A model generated the notes under the pieces. It did not search any database and was not told the DNA's origin. It worked only from the letters and a program-made list of their open reading frames with translations. From the NCBI RefSeq assembly GCF_964213995.1, contig NW_027590629.1, positions 124,001 through 188,000 on the forward strand: DNA of 64,000 bases. The letters are read 5' to 3'. Origin of the DNA: Mustelus asterias. Its lineage: Eukaryota. The position numbers and the translations under genes are program-made. Positions 47,396 through 60,544 of this stretch are shown one piece after another; the stretch's first letter is position 1; each line of letters starts with the position of its first letter.

Positions 47396-48498
47396 ATTAT
47401 TGTAAACCAGCAACAAATACACCAAACGGGGTGGATTCTGGCCCAGTGGAGTTATTCAAGAAGATGCTCAGAATTTCATTAATTCAGGATGACAAGTGAA
47501 GTGAATCAATGGCAGGTCATCGTTAACTGTCCTTATCGAGGATGACATCGACTCAGAGTAAATGGAGTTAAGATGCAGATGAGTCAAAATTTAATTAAAT
47601 AGAGGAAGGGCTCAAGGGGCAGAATGACTGCCTCCTGTTACTATATTTAAATGTTGGTTGAATAATGATGTGTGAAACTTCTGGAGGATTTGTACGTCCC
47701 TTTTAATGAGTTGAGCTTGTTTTCTTTATTTCAGATCGTGCAACATTTTTATTCAGAGAATGATCAGATAACCGGTTTCAAGGAGCAAACTTTATAAATG
47801 ATAGTTCAGAAAAACACATGCAATGTTCCATCCTGTGCCAGTTATAGAATCAGGCCCCTAAACTTACTGCTGGTTTTATTCTGGGTTCAACCAAAAACTC
47901 TGAACAAGAGATTTACTATCTCGTGATATTAAATATACAGATTTGGAAATAACAGATTTATAACCTGATCCAATATGCTGAGGATTCTAGATTGGATCCA
48001 CGAGGTTAAATATTAATTTTGATGTCAAACTGATAACAGTGAGACAGGTCAGAGCAGTGTGCACTCTGACACTGTTTCCAACTCTCCAGCTCTGTTGGAC
48101 AAGGTCCACTGGTTCTCCTGCGCCCAGCTGGCAGGACAAGACAACATGTACTCAGGTTGTTGTTTTACTACGAGTAAGTTACAGACACATTGTAGTGTCC
48201 TAATGATTTACTTTGAACCACAGCAAAAAAGCTTGTCTGTTCCAACAACTTTATTGAGCAGTGTTATGACCTGTACCTAGTTTTCCATTTTTGGACTTAT
48301 TTTGATCTTTTGGAAAAAGATATTTCTTTGCTTTCACTGCTGGCCTCGCTTTATTAATTCACGTTACTGACACTAAAACCAACACTGATAAATTCAGTAA
48401 TATTAGCTCATCAAATATGCCCTTAAACAAGCAGCATTGGATCAAACCTCCTATGAAATGGACAGCTTTATCAGAAGTTTAAACATTATCTAGGATCC

Positions 48499-51400
48499 TG
48501 CTACTGCGAGGTGTGTACAGCATTTCACAGTGTATCAGGATACTACTGGATGTGTACAGGGTTTCACAGTGTATCGGGATGCTACTGGATGTGTCCAGAG
48601 TTTCACAGTGTATCAGGATGCTACTGGATGTGTACAGGGTTTCACAGTGTATCAGGATACTACTGGATGTGTCCAGAGTTTCACAGTGTATCAGGATGCT
48701 ACTGGATGTGTACAGGGTTTCACAGTGTATCAGGATACTACTGGATGTGTACAGAGTTTCACAGTGTATCAGGATGCTACTGGATGTGTACAGAGATTCA
48801 AAGTGTATCAGGATGCTACTGGATGTGTACAGGGTTTCACGGTGTATCAGGATGCTACTGGATGTGTCCAGAGTTTCACAGTGTATCAGGATGCTACTGG
48901 ATGTGTACAGGGTTTCACAGTGTATCAGGATACTACTGGATGTGTACAGAGTTTCACAGTGTATCAGGATGCTACTGGATGTGTACAGAGATTCAAAGTG
49001 TATCAGGATGCTACTGGATGTGTACAGAGTTTCACAGTGTATCAGGATGCTACTGGATGTGTACAGGGTTTCAGTGTATCAGGATGCTACTGGACGTGTA
49101 CAGGGTTTCACAGTGTATCAGGATACTACTGGATGTGTACAGAGTTTCACAGTGTATCAGGATGCTACTGGATGTGTACAGAGATTCAAAGTGTATCAGG
49201 ATGCTACTGGATGTGTACAGGGTTTCACAGTGTATCAGGATGCTACTGGATGTGTACAGAGTTTCACAGTGTATCAGGATGCTACTGGATGTGTACAGGG
49301 TTTCACAGTGTATCAGGATGCTACTGGATGTGTGCAGAGTATCACAGTGTATCAGGATTCTACTGGATGTGTGCAGAGTTTCACAGTGTATCAGGATGCT
49401 ACTGGATGTGTACAGGGTTTCACAGTGTATCAGGATGCTACTGGATGTGTACAGAGTTTCACAGTGTATCAGGATGCTACTGGATGTGTACAGAGTTTCA
49501 CAGTGTATCAGGATGCTACTGGATGTGTACAGGGTTTCACAGTGTATCAGGATACTACTGGACGTGTACAGAGTTTCACAGTGTATCAGGATGCTACTGG
49601 ATGTGTACAGAGTTTCACAGTGTATCAGGATGCTACTGGATGTGTGCAGAGTATCACAGTGTATCAGGATGCTACTGGATGTGTGCAGAGTTTCACAGTG
49701 TATCAGGATGCTACTGGATGTGTACAGGGTTTCACAGTGTATCAGGATGCTACTGGATGTGTACAGAGTTTCACAGTGTATCAGGATGCTACTGGATGTG
49801 TACAGGGTTTCAGAGTGTATCAGGATGCTACTGGTTGTGTGCAGAGTTTCACAGTGTATCAGGATGCTCCTGGATGTGGACAGAGTTTCACAGTGTATCA
49901 GGAGCTCCTGGATGTGTGCAGAGTATCACAGTGTATCAGGATGCTACTGGATGTGTACAGGGTTTCACAGTGTATCAGGACACTACTGGACGTGTACAGA
50001 GTTTCACAGTGTATCAGGATGCTACTGGATGTGTACAGGGTTTCACAGTGTATCAGGATGCTACTGGATGTGTACAGGGTTTCACAGTGTATCAGGATAC
50101 TACTGGATGTGTACAGGGTTTCACAGTGTATCAGGATGCTACTGGATGTGTACAGGGTTTCACAGTGTATCAGGATACTACTGGATGTGTACAGGGTTTC
50201 AGTGTATCAGGATACTACTGGATGTGTACAGGGTTTCACAGTGTATCAGAATGCTACTGGATGTGTACAGGGTTTCACAGTGTATCAGGATACTACTGGA
50301 TGTGTACAGAGTTTCACAGTGTATCAGGATGCTACTGGATGTGTACAGAGTTTCACAGTGTATCAGGATGCTACTGGATGTGTACAGGGTTTCAGTGTAT
50401 CAGGATACTACTGGACGTGTACAGAGTTTCACAGTGTATCAGGATACAACTGGATGTGTACAGGGTTTCACAGTGTATCAGGATACTACTGGATGTGTAC
50501 AGAGTTTCACAGTGTATCAGGATACTACTGGATGTGTACAGGTTTTCAGTGTATCAGAATGCTACTGGATGTGTACAGAGTTTCACAGTGTATCAGGATA
50601 CTACTGGATGTGTACAGAGTTTCACAGTGTATCAGGATACTACTGGATGTGTACAGAGTTTCACAGTGTATCAGGATGCTACTGGATGTGTACAGGGTTT
50701 CACAGTGTATCAGGATGCTACTGGATGTGTACAGGGTTTCACAGTGTATCAGGATGCTACTGGATGTGTACAGGGTTTCACAGTGTATCAGAATGCTACT
50801 GGATGTGTACAGGGTTTCACAGTGTATCAGGATGCTACTGGATGTGTACAGGGTTTCACAGTGTATCAGGATACTACTGGATGTGTACAGGTTTTCACAG
50901 TGTATCAGGATGCTACTGGATGTGTACAGAGTTTCACAGTGTATCAGGATACTACTGGATGTGTACAGGGTTTCACAGTGTATCAGGATGCTACTGGATG
51001 TGTACAGGGTTTCACAGTGTATCAGGATACTACTGGATGTGTACAGGGTTTCACAGTGTATCAGGATACTACTGGATGTGTACAGAGTTTCACAGTGTAT
51101 CAGGATACTACTGGATGTGTACAGAGTTTCACAGTGTATCAGGATGCTACTGGATGTGTACAGGGTTTCACAGTGTATCAGGATGCTACTGGATGTGTAC
51201 AGGGTTTCACAGTGTATCAGGATACTACTGGATGTGTACAGAGTTTCACAGTGTATCAGGATACTACTGGATGTGTACAGGGTTTCACAGTGTATCAGGA
51301 TACTACTGGATGTGTACAGGGTTTCACAGTGTATCAGGATACTACTGGATGTGTACAGGGTTTCACAGTGTATCAGGACACTACTGGACGTGTACAGAGT

Positions 51401-54400
51401 TTCACAGTGTATCAGGATGCTACTGGATGTGTACAGGGTTTCACAGTGTATCAGGATGCTACTGGATGTGTACAGGGTTTCACAGTGTATCAGGATACTA
51501 CTGGGTGTGTACAGGGTTTCACAGTGTATCGGGATGCTACTGGATGTGTACAGGGTTTCACAGTGTATCAGGATACTACTGGATGTGTACAGGGTTTCAG
51601 TGTATCAGGATACTACTGGATGTGTACAGGGTTTCACAGTGTATCAGAATGCTACTGGATGTGTACAGGGTTTCACAGTGTATCAGGATACTACTGGATG
51701 TGTACAGAGTTTCACAGTGTATCAGGATGCTACTGGATGTGTACAGAGTTTCACAGTGTATCAGGATGCTACTGGATGTGTACAGGGTTTCAGTGTATCA
51801 GGATACTACTGGACGTGTACAGAGTTTCACAGTGTATCAGGATACTACTGGATGTGTACAGGGTTTCACAGTGTATCAGGATACTACTGGATGTGTACAG
51901 AGTTTCACAGTGTATCAGGATACTACTGGATGTGTACAGGGTTTCAGTGTATCAGAATGCTACTGGATGTGTACAGAGTTTCACAGTGTATCAGGATACT
52001 ACTGGATGTGTACAGAGTTTCACAGTGTATCAGGATACTACTGGATGTGTACAGAGTTTCACAGTGTATCAGGATACTACTGGATGTGTACAGGGTTTCA
52101 CAGTGTATCAGAATGCTACTGGATGTGTACAGGGTTTCACAGTGTATCAGGATGCTACTGGATGTGTACAGGGTTTCACAGTGTATCAGGATACTACTGG
52201 ATGTGTACAGGTTTTCACAGTGTATCAGGATGCTACTGGATGTGTACAGAGTTTCACAGTGTATCAGGATACTACTGGATGTGTACAGGGTTTCACAGTG
52301 TATCAGGATGCTACTGGATGTGTACAGGGTTTCACAGTGTATCAGGATACTACTGGATGTGTACAGGGTTTCACAGTGTATCAGGATACTACTGGATGTG
52401 TACAGAGTTTCACAGTGTATCAGGATACTACTGGATGTGTACTGAGTTTCACAGTGTATCAGGATGCTACTGGATGTGTACAGGGTTTCACAGTGTATCA
52501 GGATGCTACTGGATGTGTACAGGGTTTCACAGTGTATCAGGATACTACTGGATGTGTACAGAGTTTCACAGTGTATCAGGATACTACTGGATGTGTACAG
52601 GGTTTCACAGTGTATCAGGATACTACTGGATGTGTACAGGGTTTCACAGTGTATCAGGATACTACTGGATGTGTACAGGGTTTCAGTGTATCAGAATGCT
52701 ACTGGATGTGTACAGGGTTTCACAGTGTATCAGGATACTACTGGATGTGTACAGAGTTTCACAGTGTATCAGGATACTACTGGTTGTGTACAGGGTTTTA
52801 GTGTATCAGAATGCTACTGGATGTGTACAGGGTTTCACAGTGTATCAGGATGCTACTGGATGTGTACAGGGTTTCACAGTGTATCAGGATACTACTGGAT
52901 GTGTACAGAGTTTCACAGTGTATCAGGATACTACTGGATGTGTACAGAGTTTCACAGTGTATCAGGATACTACTGGATGTGTACAGGGTTTCACAGTGTA
53001 TCAGGATACTACTGGATGTGTACAGGGTTTCACAGTGTATCAGGATACTACTGGATGTCTACAGGGTTTCAGTGTATCAGAATGCTACTGGATGTGTACA
53101 GGGTTTCACAGTGTATCAGGATACTACTGGATGTGTACAGAGTTTCACAGTGTATCAGGATACTACTGGATGTGTACAGGGTTTCACAGTGTATCAGGAT
53201 ACTACTGGATGTGTACAGGGTTTCACAGTGTATCAGGATACTACTGGATGTGTACAGGGTTTCACAGTGTATCAGGATACTACTGGATGTGTACAGGGTT
53301 TCACAGTGTATCAGGATACTACTGGATGTGTACAGTGTTTCAGTGTATCAGAATGCTACTGGATGTGTACAGGGTTTCACAGTGTATCAGGATACTACTG
53401 GATGTGTACAGAGTTTCACAGTGTATCAGGATGCTACTGGATGTGTACAGAGTTTCACAGTGTATCAGGATGCTCCTGGATGTGTACAGGGTTTCAGTGT
53501 ATCAGGATACTACTGGACGTGAACAGAGTTTCACAGTGTATCAGGATACTACTGGATGTGTACAGAGTTTCACAGTGTATCAGGATGCTACTGGATGTGT
53601 ACAGGGTTTCAGTGTATCAGGATACTACTGGACGTGAACAGAGTTTCACAGTGTATCAGGATACTACTGGATGTGTACAGGGTTTCACAGTGTATCAGGA
53701 TACTACTGGATGTGTACAGAGTTTCACAGTGTATCAGGATACTACTGGATGTGTACAGGGTTTCAGTGGATCAGAATGCTACTGGATGTGTACAGAGTTT
53801 CACAGTGTATCAGGATACTACTGGATGTGTACAGAGTTTCACAGTGTATCAGGATACTACTGGATGTGTACAGGGTTTCACAGTGTATCAGGATGCTACT
53901 GGATGTGTACAGGGTTTCACAGTGTATCAGTATACTACTGGATGTGTACAGGGTTTCAGTGTATCAGAATGCTACTGGATGTGTACAGGGTTTCACAGTG
54001 TATCAGGATACTACTGGATGTGTACAGAGTTTCACAGTGTATCAGGATGCTACTGGATGTGTACAGGGTTTCACAGTGTATCAGGATACTACTGGATGTG
54101 TACAGGGTTTCGCAGTGTATCAGGATGCTACTGGATGTGTACAGGGTTTCACAGTGTATCAGGATACTACTGGATGTGTACAGGGTTTCACAGTGTATCA
54201 GGATACTACTGGATGTGTACAGAGTTTCACAGTGTATCAGGATACTACTGGATGTGTCCAGAGTTTCACAGTGTATCAGGATGCTACTGGATGTGTACAG
54301 GGTTTCACAGTGTATCAGGATGCTACTGGATGTGTACAGGGTTTCACAGTGTATCAGGATACTACTGGATGTGTACAGAGTTTCACAGTGTATCAGGATA

Positions 54401-55601
54401 CTACTGGATGTGTACAGGGTTTCACAGTGTATCAGGATACTACTGGATGTGTACAGAGTTTCACAGTGCATCAGGATGCTACTGGATGTGTACAGGGTTT
54501 CACAGTGTATCAGGATACTACTGGATGTGTACAGGGTTTCACAGTGTATCAGGATACTACTGGATGTGTACAGAGTTTCACAGTGTATCAGGATACTACT
54601 GGATGTGTACAGAGTTTCACAGTGTATCTGGATGCTACTGGATGTGTACAGGGTTTCACAGTGTATCAGGATGCTACTGGATGTGTACAGGGTTTCACAG
54701 TGTATCAGGATACTACTGGATGTGTACAGGGTTTCACAGTGTATCAGGGTGCTACTGGATGTGTACAGGGTTTCACAGTGTATCAGGATACTACTGGATC
54801 TGTACAGGGTTTCACAGTGTATCAGGATACTACTGGATGTGTACAGGTTTTCACAGTGTATCAGGATACTACTGGATGTGTACAGGGTTTCACAGTGTAT
54901 CAGGATACTACTGGATGTGTACAGGGTTTCACAGTGTATCAGGATGCTACTGGATGTGTACAGGGTTTCACAGTGTATCAGGATGCTACTGGATGTGTAC
55001 AGGTTTTCACAGTGTATCAGGATACTACTGGATGTGTACAGGGTTTCACAGTGTATCAGGATACTACTGGATGTGTACAGAGTTTCACAGTGTATCAGGA
55101 TACTACTGGATGTGTACAGAGTTTCACAGTGTATCAGGATGCTACTGGATGTGTACAGGGTTTCACAGTGTATCAGGGTGCTACTGGATGTGTACAGGGT
55201 TTCACAGTGTATCAGGATACTACTGGATGTGTACAGGGTTTCACAGTGTATCAGGATGCTACTGGATGTGTACAGGGTTTCACAGTGTATCAGGATACTA
55301 CTGGATGTGTACAGCGTTTCACAGTGTATCAGGATACTACTGGATGTGTACAGGGTTTCACAGTGTATCAGGGTGCTACTGGATGTGTACAGAGTTTCAC
55401 AGTGTATCAGGATGATACTGGATGTGTACAGAGTTTCACAGTGTATCAGGATGCTACTGGATGTGTACAGAGTTTCACAGTGTATCAGGATACTACTGGA
55501 TGTGTACAGGGTTTCAGTGTATCAGGATGCTACTGGATGTGTACAGGGTTTCAGTGTATCAGGATGCTACTGGATGTGTACAGAGTTTCAGTGTATCAGG
55601 A
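48499..55601 (+). repeat. 39-bp minisatellite, about 180 copies, with 37-bp variants and higher-order structure
   Basis: Unit GGATGTGTACAG(G/A)GTTTCACAGTGTATCAGGAT(G/A)CTACT. The 37-bp variant lacks CA. The consensus has no stop codon in any + frame. Confidence 0.99.
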
Positions 55602-55787
55602 CCTGTCAGGTGTAGATCAGTCGCTTCTGACTGGCTCTTGCAGCTGCAGCAATCAGATTGCTGATCAAGTTGCTATTAAATGGTGACCCCCCACAATAAG
55701 GTTGGTCGATGAGCCAATCGTGGCACCGCTTTTGAATGTCAAGGGGAGTTGGTCAGACTTTCTCGTCTTGAGGACAATCATTACTTG

Positions 55788-56927
55788 ATCACCTGTTGCA
55801 CCTGCAGACTGGGTTTTTGCGTCTCATGCACAAGGACCCCCAGGTCCCTTTGCACAGTAGCATGTTGTAATTTTCCTCCATTTAGATAATAATCCAATTT
55901 GCTATTATTTCCTCCAAAGTGAATAACCTCGCATTTGTCAACGTTATACTACATCTGCCAGATCCTCGCCCACTCACTCAGCCTGTCCAAATCTCTCTGC
56001 AGACCTTCTACGCCCTCCACACGATTCACTTTTCCACTTATCTTTGTGTCGTCTGCAAACTTTGTTCCCCTACACTCAGTCCCCTCCTCCAGATCGGCTA
56101 TATAAATGGTAAATAGTTGAGGCCCCAGTACCGATCCCTGCGGCACGCCACTCGCTACCATCTGCCAACCAGAAAAGCACCCATTTATTCCGACTCTCTG
56201 CTTCCTGTCGGATAGCCAATCCCCAATCCACGCTAACACCCAGCCCCAACTCCGTGTGACCCAAAAGGCAAATGGGATGTTGGCCTATATCGCAAGGGGG
56301 ATAGAATATAAAAGCAGAGATGTCTTGCTGCATTTGTACAGGGCATTGATGAGGCCGCAGCTGGAATACTGTGTGCAGTATTGGTCCCCTTATTTGCAGA
56401 AGGATATATTGGCCTTGGAGGGAGTGCAGAGAAGGTTCACCAGGTTGATACCGGAGATGAGGGGTGCTGATTATGAGGAGAGACTGAGCAGATTGGGTTT
56501 GTACTCGTTGGAATTTAGAAGGCTGAGGGGGGATCTTATAGAGACCTATAAGATAATGAAGGGGCTGGATAGGGTAGAGGTGGAGAGATTCTTTCCACTT
56601 AGAAAGGAAGCAAGAACTGGAGGGCACAGCCTCAAAATAAAGGGGGGGTCAGTTTAGGACAGAGTTGAGGAGGAACAACTTCTCTCAGAGGGTGGTGAAT
56701 CTCTGGAATTCTCTGCCCACTGAAGTGGTGGACGCGACCTCGTTGAATATGTTTCAATCACGGATAGATGGATTCCTGATCGGTAAGGGAATTAGGGGTT
56801 ATAGGGATCAAGCGGGTAAGTGGAACTGATCCACTTCAGATCAGCCATGATCTTATTGAATGGCGGGGCAGGCTCGAGCGGCTCGATGGCCTACTCCTGC
56901 TCCTATTTCTTATGTTCTTATGTTCTT
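55788..56927 (+). mobile_element. CR1 LINE with 5' inversion (55788 to about 56261 inverted; about 56262-56927 forward)
   Basis: Minus ORF 55949-56239 (RT, FADD) abuts plus ORF 56256-56657 (C-terminus). TSD ATTACTTG at 55780-55787 and 56928-56935. Confidence 0.93.
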
Positions 56928-57359
56928 ATTACTTGTCATTTGTGTGGCATGAATGTACTTGTCAATAACCAGTTGAAGGCTGAACGGACCCAGATCTTCC
57001 TTCATGCATCAAGGACTGTTTGATTATTTGTGAGGCATTGTGAAAAGAACTAGAGCGATCATAAGATCATCAGTTTGATAAGAAACAGGAACAGGAGTCA
57101 GACATTTGGCACATTGATGCTGCTGAACCATTCAATAAGATCATTGCTGAATTGATTACAGTTTCAACTCTGCTTTCTTGTCTGTCCCAATATCCCTTGA
57201 CTCCGTTATTGGTCAATGATCAGTCATGAAAGGATTCAATGCCCCCCACCCCCACCCCCCGCCATTTCCACCACTCTGAGGAACTGAATTCTGAAGACAA
57301 ATTATCTTCTGAGGAAATAAGTCGCTCCTTGTATCTTAGAATTAAATGGGAGACACCTT

Positions 57360-57496
57360 GGGTCAGAATTCTCCAGTTTCACACAACCCGCTCCTGCTAA
57401 CAGCGAGAACAGAGAATTTGGCGCTCAGCCAAGTCTCCATTCACAGCAGCGGGACTGGAGAATCCCAGCCACAGGCGAGGTTGGTGAATTCTGGCC
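57360..57496. mobile_element. MITE-like element (PIF/Harbinger-like termini)
   Basis: TIRs GGTCAGAATTCTCC / GGTGAATTCTGGCC. It interrupts a minus-strand CR1 relic; possible CTT TSD. Confidence 0.6.
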
Positions 57497-57567
57497 TTTA
57501 TTTTTAAACTGTGTCCCCTCTCTGCTCTCTGCATCTATCCTGTCAAGCCCGTTCAGAATTTCACAAA

Positions 57568-57743
57568 CAGTGGAGTTCCGTTGTAACACGTTGTAACGAT
57601 TTAGCGCGAAATCGGATATGACGCGATGAATCATTGGACCCTTTTTTTTGCTCTTTCCGGTTTAGTGATTTAGGGCGACCCCGATGACATTCACGATAAC
57701 ATTTTATGGACCCCAGCCATCGCGTTACAACGGGGCTCCACTG
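57568..57743. mobile_element. Tc1/mariner (pogo/Tigger-like) MITE
   Basis: 20-bp TIRs CAGTGGAGTTCCGTTGTAAC / GTTACAACGGGGCTCCACTG (18 of 20 match), with TA on the right flank. Confidence 0.8.
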
Positions 57744-57927
57744 TATTTCACTATCATCTTTTATTCTTCTGAACTCCGAGTATAGGTCCAACCTGCTCAG
57801 CCTTTCCTCATAAAACAACCCTTCAACTTTCTCTGAACTGCTTCCAATGTCAGTAATCCTCCTTAGATAGAAGACCAAACCCCGACACAGTATTCCAGTT
57901 GTATTCTCACCAAAGCTGTACAGTGAT

Positions 57928-58180
57928 GAAGGAGGCAGTTTGAGTAGTGGCATTAATACTGGACGAGTAATCCAGAGACCCAGGGTAATGCTCTGGGAAT
58001 TTGGGTTCCCAAGTCCCACCATGACAGATGATGAATCAATTTGGGGTAAAATCTAGAATTAAAAGTCTAATTGGAGGAAATCTGTGACTCATGAATCAGT
58101 AATGTTAACTCTGAAATGGTTTAGCAAGCCAGTTCAAGGAGAATGGGCAATAGGTGTTGGCCCAACCAGAATGATTTTTT
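57928..58180 (+). mobile_element. Degenerate SacSINE1/Deu-SINE-like element
   Basis: GTAGTGGCATTAATACTGGACGAGTAATCCAGAGACCCAGGGTAATGCTCTGGG head and GGGCAATAGGTGTTGGCC tail. Confidence 0.65.
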
Positions 58181-58689
58181 AAAAAAGTTGCAGAAAGGCT
58201 TCCTTTCTCATACTCCATTCCTCCTCACAAAAAATGAATTAATGTTCCATTTACCTATTTGAACGTTAACTTGTGATTCACATCCAAGGCCAACAGATCC
58301 CTCTGTACTGCAGCAATCAGCAGTTGCTCTCTTCCTGAACATCTGCCAAGCTTTTGCTTTTTCACTTAATCTAGTTCAATTTCTACAGTCCTGAGATGTC
58401 CCTCACAGCTTGCTTTAGTATCTTTGGCTACAATACAGAAGTCACTCCAAGTATCTAAGAACAGGAGGAGGACACTCAGCCTCTCGATCCTGTTGCACAG
58501 AAGTACCTGCAGCCATTCTGCTAATTGAACATGTTAGAAAGGAATAAAAGTTATGCTGTACAGCACAACAAGCCTGGTAGACAGGAGGAATCGGTGATCA
58601 TTCAGTCCCTTAAGCCTATTTTAACATTCAATTAGATCTGAGTTGATCTGTACCTCAACTCCATCTGCCCACATTAGATCATATCCATT

Positions 58690-58790
58690 AACAAAAACAG
58701 AAAATGCTGGAAAATCTCAGCCGGTGTATCAGCATCTGTGAAAAGATAACAGAGCAAAGGTTTTGATACAGGATGACCCTTCGTCAGAAC
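58690..58790 (-). mobile_element. Penelope pseudo-LTR-derived repeat with a decayed hammerhead motif
   Basis: The reverse complement reads GTT-CTGACGA-AGGGTCATCC...TGCTGATACACCGGCTGAGATTTTCCAGCATTTTCTG. Same family as 5346-5485 and 6580-6721. Confidence 0.65.
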
Positions 58791-59683
58791 TTTTATTTTC
58801 GCTCATACTTTAAGTTTCCTCCTACAAGCTGTAATTGAATCAGAATTCGACCCAATTGAGTTCCGAGAAATCAGGAACACAGAGAGACTAGTATTTATTT
58901 ATTATTATTATTTTACTTTTATTATTCCTATTTATTATTACGATTATTTATTTTTTCCAGCAGTTTCTCTCTTGGACACAGAGAGACTATGTGAGTTGGT
59001 AAAGCTACAGCAACAAACTGGAAATTTATGAATAGGCAGTGTGAGGCCATCCACATTAGTTCTGAGTATTTTCTCAGAAGGAAGTTATGAGGGACATTGG
59101 ATAAAAAAGTGATTTCCGTCTCCGGGTAAAAGAGATAAAAGCAAAGGATTTAGGGAAGGAATTTCAGAGCTGCAGGTCTTGGCAGTTGAAGGCACAGCCG
59201 CTAATGCTGGGGTCAAAGGGAGTGCAGATACACAGCAGGCCAAACATGGAGGAATGCAGAGATCTCAATCGAGAAAAATCATGGACCTCTGTGAACAGGA
59301 AGTTGAAAATTCTAGGGTTGGAAGAAGCCACAAAGCTGAAAAGAAATGAAGCCTCAAAGGGATATGAATTGCAGGGTGAGATAGTTCTCCTCGGATGACA
59401 AACTGAATAATTTAGGCTTATACTCTGAGCTGAGAGAAATGAGAGGTGATTGCACTGAAACATACAAGTATCTGAAAGAGCTGGGCAATGTAGACACTAA
59501 GTAGCTGTTTTACACTTGTTCGGAAATCTAAAACTGGAGTGCAAATTCTCAGGATAAGTAATGGATAATTTAGAATTGGGGTGAGGAGAAATGTTTTCAC
59601 TCAGAGGCTTGTGAATCTTTGGAATTCTCTACCCCAGAGAAGGTGGATGATCCAGCACTGAAAATATTCAGGAATGAGATTTA

Positions 59684-60456
59684 ATGGACTATTATTTAAA
59701 TGGCAAAAAATTACAGCATGCTGCTGTGCAGAGGGATCTGGGTGTCCTTGTGCATGAATCACAAAAAGTTGGTTTGCAGGTGCAGCAGGTAATTAAGAAG
59801 GCAAATGGAATATTGTCCTTCATTGCGAGAGGGATGGAGTTTAAAAACAGAGAGGTTATGTTGCAGCTGTATAAGGTGCTGGAGAAGCCACAACTGGAGT
59901 ACTGTGTACAGTTTGGGTCTCCTTACTTGAGAAAGGATATACTAGCACTGGAGGGGGTACAGAGGAGATTCACTCGGTTGATTCTGGAGTTGAAAGGGTT
60001 GGCTTATGAGGAGAGACTGAGGAGACTGGGGCTATACTCATTGGAATTCAGAAGAATGAGGGGAAATCTTGAAGAAACATATAAGATTATGAAGGGAATA
60101 GATAAGAGAGAAGCAGGGAAGTTGTTTGCATTGGCAGGTGAAACGGGAACTCGGGAACATGGCCTCAAAATAAGGGGGAGCAGATTTAGGACTGAGTTGA
60201 GAAGGAACTTCTTCACACGAAGGGTTGAGAATCTGTGGAATTCCCTGCCCAGTGAAGCAGTTGGGGCTCCCTCATTAAATGTTTTTAAGGCAAGGATAGA
60301 TACATTTTTGAACAGTAAAGGAATTAAGGGTTATGGTGAGTGGGCGGGTAAGTGGAGCTGAGTCCATGAAAAGATCAGACATGATCCTATTGAATGGTGG
60401 AGCAGGCTCGAGGGGCCAGATGGCCTACTCCTGCTCCTAGTCCTAATGTTCTTATA
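59684..60456 (+). mobile_element. 5'-truncated CR1 LINE, inserted in an older CR1 3' relic (about 59380-59683)
   Basis: Intact ORF 59684-60361 ending AGKWS*, followed by a 3' UTR and TGTTCTTA tail. Confidence 0.94.
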
Positions 60457-60544
60457 GAGTGAAGGGATATGAGGAGCAGCTGGGAAAGTGGAGATGAGGC
60501 AGAAGAGCAGCCAAGATTGTATTCAATGCAGAGCAGGGTCAAGG

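Noticed and set aside
47400-48160. Possible + strand exons (acceptor-like tracts at about 47734 and 48088)
   Set aside because: No recognisable protein similarity or consistent frame.
48511-55686. Giant ORFs (352-1708 aa) as real protein-coding genes
   Set aside because: They overlap in all three frames and swap peptide repeat at each 2-bp deletion. This is fully explained by a stop-free 39-bp minisatellite.
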